Positions 58,525-64,000 of a stretch of DNA of 64,000 nucleotides are shown here, piece after piece; position 1 is the stretch's first letter; each line of letters opens with the position of its first letter. The stretch spans positions 5,752 through 69,751 of the forward strand of contig JAXGYI010000007.1 of the NCBI GenBank assembly GCA_040772365.1, read 5' to 3'. Under the pieces are notes generated by a model. It worked only from the letters and a program-made list of their open reading frames with translations. It ran no database searches and had not been told where the DNA came from. This stretch comes from Candidatus Moraniibacteriota bacterium (GTDB taxonomy: Bacteria; Patescibacteriota; Minisyncoccia; Moranbacterales; GCA-2747515). A program made the translations under genes and the position numbers.

Positions 58525-59994
58525 ATGAAAACACCCCTACCCCGACGCCTCTTCTTCTGGACGCTGGTTGCGTCATACATCTGTATGACGACACTGGTTT
58601 TACTCTACGTCTTCGGTTATCACCGAGATTTTGCCGCAAAAATTTTTGTCTACACAGGATCTATTAGCATTAAAACCAATCCATCCAACACCACGATTCT
58701 CATCGATGGTCACAGCCCGCGCTCCCGCCTCATAAACATCATCAACAACACCTATCACATCCGCAACTTACGTGCACGTAAATACACCGTTACCGTCACA
58801 GCTGATGGCTACAAGCCGTGGTATAAAGAGGCAATTGTCCACAGTGGTGTAGCAACAGAATTCTGGAATGTGATTTTGGTACGTGATACCTATGAACGCA
58901 CATACTATAACCTCGATCACGTTGACACTTTTTTCCCGGCACCGAAAGAACACCTCTTTGCCGCAACACGCCAGGTTAATAACTTACATACCGTACGTAT
59001 TTTTAACGTTGATACTGACACAACAACACATACGTTTCTCTTTAGTGATATGCGCTTCACAAGCGATCCGCGCGCAAATATTGAGTGGTCTCCGGATAGT
59101 CGCGCTATCGCCATTCCACTGGAAAAAACGGCAGATGGTACTTCAGATTACGCTGTTGCATTTATGGAAAACAACACGACACACCTTCTCTCACAGATTC
59201 TGCCGCACCCCACGATCCGCGCAGTACGGTGGGATCCCAAGGAAAAGAATTCTCTCTACTATATCGCTGATACCACACTGTACCGCACAGCTCTCAACAC
59301 AGCACAACAACCAGCTATCACAGCACCGACTACTGTCGCTACTGACGTTCTCGCATACGACTTCACGGATGACGGTATCTATATCCTCACGACTACACAC
59401 ACACTTCTCCACGATCGCGATGTGCGTGGCACGAACACAAAAGAGCTCACAACCTTTGATCTTCCACCGACAGCACGTGACGTACGCTTAGATGCCTATG
59501 ACAATACGCGCATCATCGTTCTCAATGATACCGATCACGAACTCTTCCTCTACAATCGCGGCGCATACAACATCTATAAGAAAAAACTTTCTCACAATAT
59601 TGTAGGCGCGCACTTCTCCGATGATGGGAAAAAACTCCTCTACTACTCACCCTTCGAAATCTTCATCTACTACACACGTGATTGGGACGCACAGCCGCAG
59701 CCAAAGGAAGACACTGTGCAGCCTATCATTCGCTACAGCCAAGTGTTAGATAATATCAACTTCTCCAAAGACTATGCGCACGTCCTCTATACTGTTGGCA
59801 CAGATCTCAAGATTACAGAACTAGATAATCGCGCCGGCACAACAACAGAAACCATCCTCACAACGCACACTGCGCAAACAAAAATGATCAATCGTCATAA
59901 GCAAAACCTACTCTACATCATTGACCGTGATGACGATATGCCACGGCGACTACAATCCATCGTATTCCCTGAAAAGCAGTTTTTGCAATTCTAG
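58525..59994 (+). CDS. PEGA-domain protein with beta-propeller-like C-terminus
   Basis: N-terminal TM, TGSISIKTNP, Y.VTV...GY.PW.K, WSPD and FSDD repeats. Confidence 0.8.
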   Translation: MKTPLPRRLFFWTLVASYICMTTLVLLYVFGYHRDFAAKIFVYTGSISIKTNPSNTTILIDGHSPRSRLINIINNTYHIRNLRARKYTVTVTADGYKPWYKEAIVHSGVATEFWNVILVRDTYERTYYNLDHVDTFFPAPKEHLFAATRQVNNLHTVRIFNVDTDTTTHTFLFSDMRFTSDPRANIEWSPDSRAIAIPLEKTADGTSDYAVAFMENNTTHLLSQILPHPTIRAVRWDPKEKNSLYYIADTTLYRTALNTAQQPAITAPTTVATDVLAYDFTDDGIYILTTTHTLLHDRDVRGTNTKELTTFDLPPTARDVRLDAYDNTRIIVLNDTDHELFLYNRGAYNIYKKKLSHNIVGAHFSDDGKKLLYYSPFEIFIYYTRDWDAQPQPKEDTVQPIIRYSQVLDNINFSKDYAHVLYTVGTDLKITELDNRAGTTTETILTTHTAQTKMINRHKQNLLYIIDRDDDMPRRLQSIVFPEKQFLQF

Positions 59995-60015
59995 CACAAG
60001 TCATCATCCACAATC

Positions 60016-60051
60016 AAAAACAGGAATGGACCACTGCCAATCCTGTTTTTT
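60016..60051. terminator. Bidirectional terminator
   Basis: AAAAACAGGA...TCCTGTTTTT between the convergent PEGA gene and tRNAs. Confidence 0.7.
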
Positions 60052-60064
60052 ACTGCTACTGCCG

Positions 60065-60138
60065 TGGGCGATCGAAGACTTGAACTTCGGACCTCGTCAT
60101 TATCAGTGACGCGCTCTAACCACCTGAGCTAATCGCCC
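60065..60138 (-). tRNA. tRNA-Ile(GAT)
   Basis: GGGCGAT acceptor, anticodon loop CTGATAA, GTTCAAGT T-loop. Confidence 0.96.
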
Positions 60139-60171
60139 AAAACACCCTCACGTTATCACAGCCTGCCATTG

Positions 60172-60244
60172 TGGACCGAACAGGACTTGAACCCGCTACC
60201 TCCTCGGTGCAAACGAGGCGCTCTACCAGATGAGCTATCGGCCC
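60172..60244 (-). tRNA. tRNA-Ala(TGC)
   Basis: G3-U70 pair, anticodon loop TTTGCAC, GTTCAAGT T-loop. Confidence 0.96.
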
Positions 60245-60265
60245 AAAAAATTTAATACAAGGCTT

Positions 60266-60293
60266 ATTATATCAAAAACAGAAAATAACGCAA
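60266..60293 (-). promoter_or_regulatory. Putative tRNA promoter
   Basis: TTGCGT-16-TATAAT with extended TG. Confidence 0.55.
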
Positions 60294-60308
60294 GAGTCCT
60301 AGCATGCC

Positions 60309-60551
60309 TCATTGCACAACATATACCTTGTGTCGCGAGGTGTGCCCACGCACAATACACACCCTGCTTTTCGCCACCTGTAAATGTGCAGCAAGCAAAG
60401 CGGCAACAGCGGTATTAGCCTTGCCATCGGTTGGCGTAGCAGTGGTACGTACCACATACGTCCCGTCTGGCGCAGCTGTCACGCTACTCTCCTTGCTACG
60501 CGGCACAACCTTCACATGTACTTTTCTTCCCTCACTTTTTCGTGTGCGCAT
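60309..60551 (-). CDS. DUF167 (YggU) family protein
   Basis: VKVVPRS, P.DGKAN, I..G.TSR.K. Confidence 0.9.
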   Translation of the reverse strand: MRTRKSEGRKVHVKVVPRSKESSVTAAPDGTYVVRTTATPTDGKANTAVAALLAAHLQVAKSRVCIVRGHTSRHKVYVVQ

Positions 60552-60565
60552 GATGTCGTATTGTA

Positions 60566-61021
60566 TTACTCTTTCATCATCTCCGCAATGACACGCTGGA
60601 AGCTGTCCGCACTGCCGATGGACTTGTACACACTGGCAAAGCGAATAAACGCCACGTCATCCACGTCGCGCAGCTTGTCCATAATGATCTTGCCAATCGT
60701 GCGACTTTTGATTTCGCGCTTCTCCTTGGCTTGGATAGCATATTCAATATCCGTGATCAGTTTCTGGATACGCTCCTCCGACACAGGACGCTTCTCTAGC
60801 GCCTTGCGCAGTCCGCCTTCAATCTTGTCGCGGTCATATTCTTCCACGGCGCCATCGCGCTTGATCACACGCAAACGCAAAATCTCTACTTCCTCATATG
60901 TCGTAAATCGCTGCGCACATTTCAAACACTCACGTCGCCGACGCACCGCACGTCCGCGCTTTACCATCCGTGAATCCAACACCTTCGTTCCGTATGGCTT
61001 TTTACAAAAAATACACTGCAT
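60566..61021 (-). CDS. nrdR: Transcriptional repressor NrdR
   Basis: CxxC, KVLDSR, RRRRECxxCxxRFTTYE, ATP-cone, AFIRFASVY. Confidence 0.97.
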   Translation of the reverse strand: MQCIFCKKPYGTKVLDSRMVKRGRAVRRRRECLKCAQRFTTYEEVEILRLRVIKRDGAVEEYDRDKIEGGLRKALEKRPVSEERIQKLITDIEYAIQAKEKREIKSRTIGKIIMDKLRDVDDVAFIRFASVYKSIGSADSFQRVIAEMMKE

Positions 61022-61155
61022 ACTGTGGCATTGATACTACCTTACCACAACAAGTATACATGATACTGAATATGATTGCAAAAATATACCACCTGTTGTA
61101 GAATAATGGCAATCAAAACGTTACTTTAACATCAAGACTACCTGGGAGACCTGTC

Positions 61156-61428
61156 ATGAAAACGAAATTCCCTGCAACAGTGGAGATGCACAAGCACGTT
61201 AAAAAGTATAGTCCTGCAACGGCACAGAGGCTACGCAATTTAATCGCAGCACTACACCGTCCACTAGCACCCCTATCAACGTACAGTACCACAACAGATG
61301 AAGTGGTGCAGACTGTTACAGATCTCTATCTTAGTTCAGCCGAAAACTACAATGGGGATTTGGTTTTTCAGTTCCGTAGAGAAATCTACGGACTGCATGA
61401 CATGTACATCATGCAGCGCAGCAATTGA
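61156..61428 (+). CDS. Hypothetical orphan protein
   Basis: TTGCAA-17-TAGAAT promoter, GGGAG SD, downstream terminator. Confidence 0.55.
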   Translation: MKTKFPATVEMHKHVKKYSPATAQRLRNLIAALHRPLAPLSTYSTTTDEVVQTVTDLYLSSAENYNGDLVFQFRREIYGLHDMYIMQRSN

Positions 61429-61448
61429 TATATAGGTATATCTACCCT

Positions 61449-61480
61449 ACCGCCATCATGCACACATGAGGCGGTTTTTT
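61449..61480 (+). terminator. Putative intrinsic terminator
   Basis: ACCGCC...GGCGGT followed by a T-tract. Confidence 0.6.
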
Positions 61481-62714
61481 ATTTTTCCCGTAGATACTTT
61501 TTCCCCACAAGCTCTTCCGGTAAAAATGTCTGTACCGCATTCTCCTCTTCCGTCGCCAGCGGCGTATACTTATAATCCTTGCCGTAGTCAAGATCTTTCA
61601 TGAGTTTCGTCGGCGCATTGCGGATGTGCAACGGCACGGGGAGATTGCCACGTTCGCGTACATCCGACGTGGCAGCGTTATATCCTTCGTACACGGCAAT
61701 ACTCTTCTTGCTCTTCGCCATATACACCACCGCCTGCGCAAGATTTACCCCACACTCCGGCATCCCAATAAAGCGACATGCATCATATGCCGCAACCGCC
61801 TGCGGCAAGGCAAAGGAATTCGCCATGCCGATGTCCTCCGATGCGAAGCGGATGATGCGCCGCGCGATATAGAGTGGATCCTCCCCGCCAACAAGCATGC
61901 GCGCAAGATAGTAGAGTGCCGCATCCGCATCACCGCCACGCATAGACTTGTGCAAGGCGGAAATAACATTGTAGTGCTCCTCTCCGTTTTTATCATAGAG
62001 CAGATGCGCCTGCTGCATCGCCTGTTCAATATGCGCCTTTGTCACTGTGACCTTTTTTGGATTGTGCACATGTGCAAGATGCACGGCAACCTCCAGCGCA
62101 TTGAGCAGCGATCGCGCGTCACCGTTTGCCATCATCGCTGCATAGGCGCGCACCGATTGTGCCATTGTCACTCGCGACACACCAAGTAGCTCGTCCGACC
62201 GTTGCAGCACGGTTGCAAGAATGCGCTCCAGCGCCTCCGGCGTTAGCGCGTGCAACGTGAACACACGCGCACGCGACAGTAGCGCGTTATTGACATTAAA
62301 ACTGGGATTCTCCGTCGTTGCCCCAATAAAAATAATCGTACCATTTTCCACGCTTGGCAAAAACGCATCCTGTTGCGCCTTGTTGAAGCGATGAACCTCA
62401 TCAATAAACAGGATCGTCCGCGTCCCCAGCCGCGCATAGCTCGCAGCGTCATCAATTGCCGCACGTACATCCTTGACGCCAGCATTGATGGCAGAAAGCT
62501 GCACGAAATGTGCCGCCGTGACGCGGGCAATAATTCGCGCCAGCGTAGTCTTACCCGTACCGGGCGGTCCCCATAAAATCAGTGACGGAATTGAGTCAGA
62601 GGCGATCAGTGTACGCAACACACCATCATCCCCCACAAGGTGATCTTGCCCATAAAAATCGTCTAATGTTGTCGGTCGCATGCGCTCAGCAAGCGGCACC
62701 GTATGCTGCACCAT
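61479..62714 (-). CDS. rarA: Replication-associated recombination protein A (MgsA/RarA)
   Basis: [49 protein letters not shown]. Confidence 0.96.
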   Translation of the reverse strand: MVQHTVPLAERMRPTTLDDFYGQDHLVGDDGVLRTLIASDSIPSLILWGPPGTGKTTLARIIARVTAAHFVQLSAINAGVKDVRAAIDDAASYARLGTRTILFIDEVHRFNKAQQDAFLPSVENGTIIFIGATTENPSFNVNNALLSRARVFTLHALTPEALERILATVLQRSDELLGVSRVTMAQSVRAYAAMMANGDARSLLNALEVAVHLAHVHNPKKVTVTKAHIEQAMQQAHLLYDKNGEEHYNVISALHKSMRGGDADAALYYLARMLVGGEDPLYIARRIIRFASEDIGMANSFALPQAVAAYDACRFIGMPECGVNLAQAVVYMAKSKKSIAVYEGYNAATSDVRERGNLPVPLHIRNAPTKLMKDLDYGKDYKYTPLATEEENAVQTFLPEELVGKKYLREK

Positions 62715-62819
62715 AGTACGTGTATTATGCCACATCATCGCCAAAAATGCGACGCTTGTCAAAGTGCACATGAAAACGTATAGTGAAAGTATAATGCATC
62801 TTGTCATTTTACTGCACCT

Positions 62820-64000
62820 ATGCCCCTCCTCACAAAATCATCTACTCCAATTACGCAACTAGAAGATGTCTTCACAGCATTCAAAACACCGCCAAGTAGC
62901 GATGCGCGCAAATTGATTGCGCGCGCCTATGAGTTTGCGGCAATCGCACATGCCGATCAAAAGCGCGCCAACGGCGATCCCTACATCACGCACTGCCTTG
63001 CTACCGGTGCAATTTTAGCGCGAATCGGCATGGACGCACGTACTGTTGCCGCCGGTATCATGCATGATGTCCCAGAAGACACATCCGTTACACTTGCAGA
63101 GATTAAAGAAAAGTTTGGTCCAGATATCGCACAAATGATTGAAGGCATCACAAAACTCGGACGCATAAAATTGCGCGGTACAAAAGAAGAATACAAACTA
63201 GAAAACTGGCGTCGCATGTTCCTCGCCATGGGATCTGATATTCGCACCGTGATCATCAAACTTGCCGATCGTACGCACAACATGCACACCTTGGGCAATC
63301 TCCGTCCTGATAAACAAAAACGTATTGCGCATGAAACCATGGAGATCTACGTTCCTATCGCTAGCCGCCTCGGCATCGGCGAAATTCGCGGTGAACTTAC
63401 TGACCTGTGCTTTATGTATCTCATGCCAGAAGAATACACCAAAACAAAACTTCTGAGCGACACGAAGATCAAAGAGAAGGAGCGTTACGTAGACACGGCA
63501 ATCACAGAAATCGGTATTGCCCTCAAGAATGAAGGTGTCACAGCCATCGATATTCATGGGCGTGCAAAAAATATCTATAGCCTCTACGTCAAATTACAAC
63601 GCTACGATATGGATATTAACCGAATCTATGATCTGGTCGCACTGCGTATTATCGTTGGCAGTGTTGCTGACTGCTATGAGACACTCGGTATTGTCCATAA
63701 GAAATACCACCCCATGATCGGTCGCATCAAAGACTACATCTCTCTTCCTAAGCCCAATGGCTATCAATCACTACACACCACTGTCTTTGGTCCGGACGGC
63801 CGACTCCTAGAAGTACAGATCCGCACGCAGAAAATGCATGATGAGGCGGAATTTGGAATTGCTGCACATTGGCTCTACGAATCGCGTAAAAAAACCGGAT
63901 GGAAAAATTATTTCCTTCCGAAGAAAGATGACGTGTCCACCAAAGAAGTTGAGTGGGTCAAGCAGCTGCAGGAGTGGCAGAAAGAGTTGGGCAATAATCC
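62820..64000 (+). CDS. rel: Bifunctional (p)ppGpp synthetase/hydrolase Rel/SpoT (3'-partial; absent from the ORF track)
   Basis: ATG 62820; AH.DQKR..G.PYI.H, HDVPEDT, KLADR.HNM, PKPNGYQSLHTT, EVQIRT, AEFGIAAHW. Confidence 0.95.
   Translation, partial: MPLLTKSSTPITQLEDVFTAFKTPPSSDARKLIARAYEFAAIAHADQKRANGDPYITHCLATGAILARIGMDARTVAAGIMHDVPEDTSVTLAEIKEKFGPDIAQMIEGITKLGRIKLRGTKEEYKLENWRRMFLAMGSDIRTVIIKLADRTHNMHTLGNLRPDKQKRIAHETMEIYVPIASRLGIGEIRGELTDLCFMYLMPEEYTKTKLLSDTKIKEKERYVDTAITEIGIALKNEGVTAIDIHGRAKNIYSLYVKLQRYDMDINRIYDLVALRIIVGSVADCYETLGIVHKKYHPMIGRIKDYISLPKPNGYQSLHTTVFGPDGRLLEVQIRTQKMHDEAEFGIAAHWLYESRKKTGWKNYFLPKKDDVSTKEVEWVKQLQEWQKELGNN

Noticed and set aside
62981-63717. Short ORFs listed near the window end
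   Set aside because: Shadow frames of the plus-strand rel gene that runs off the window
1-64000. CRISPR array, cas genes, integrase/transposase, prophage, reverse transcriptase/DGR
   Set aside because: No repeat-spacer periodicity or recognisable motifs were seen by eye
1-64000. Alternative genetic code or stop-codon recoding suggested by interrupted orphan ORFs
   Set aside because: Conserved genes are intact in code 11 and end in TAA, TAG and TGA; the interruptions use different stops, which fits decay

Overview
A ~64 kb chromosomal segment read with genetic code 11. It is inferred to come from a Patescibacteria/CPR (Parcubacteria-like) bacterium: rpmD/uL30 is missing from the spc cluster, several ribosomal proteins carry extra tails, and DUF4012/PEGA surface proteins and many GT-C membrane glycosyltransferases are present. 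Housekeeping content: hisS, def-fmt, ftsEX, prfB with a programmed +1 frameshift, ftsW-trmD, rplJL with an L10 leader, rpsP, ddl, tuf-rpsJ plus the S10/spc cluster (ending at rplO), ndk, mpg, nrdR, rarA, a partial rel, and 3 tRNAs. A ~28 kb surface-glycosylation region (14.9-43.1 kb) encodes a UDP-HexNAc dehydrogenase, GT2/GT4 enzymes, a flippase, DedA and six polytopic GT-C-like proteins. The most striking candidate system lies in that region. A divergent RtcB-family ligase keeps the metal and guanylylation residues but appears to have lost several RNA-binding residues, and it overlaps a GT4 gene. A thymidylate-kinase-like gene overlapping the flippase lies downstream on the same strand. Together they suggest kinase + RtcB phosphodiester chemistry applied to glycans (hypothesis). 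Also notable: a ~140-nt structured RNA candidate with its own promoter between rpsJ and rplC, small orphan genes that carry their own promoter, strong SD and terminator, and several pseudogene remnants not in the ORF track. All family assignments come from motif recognition by eye; no searches were run.
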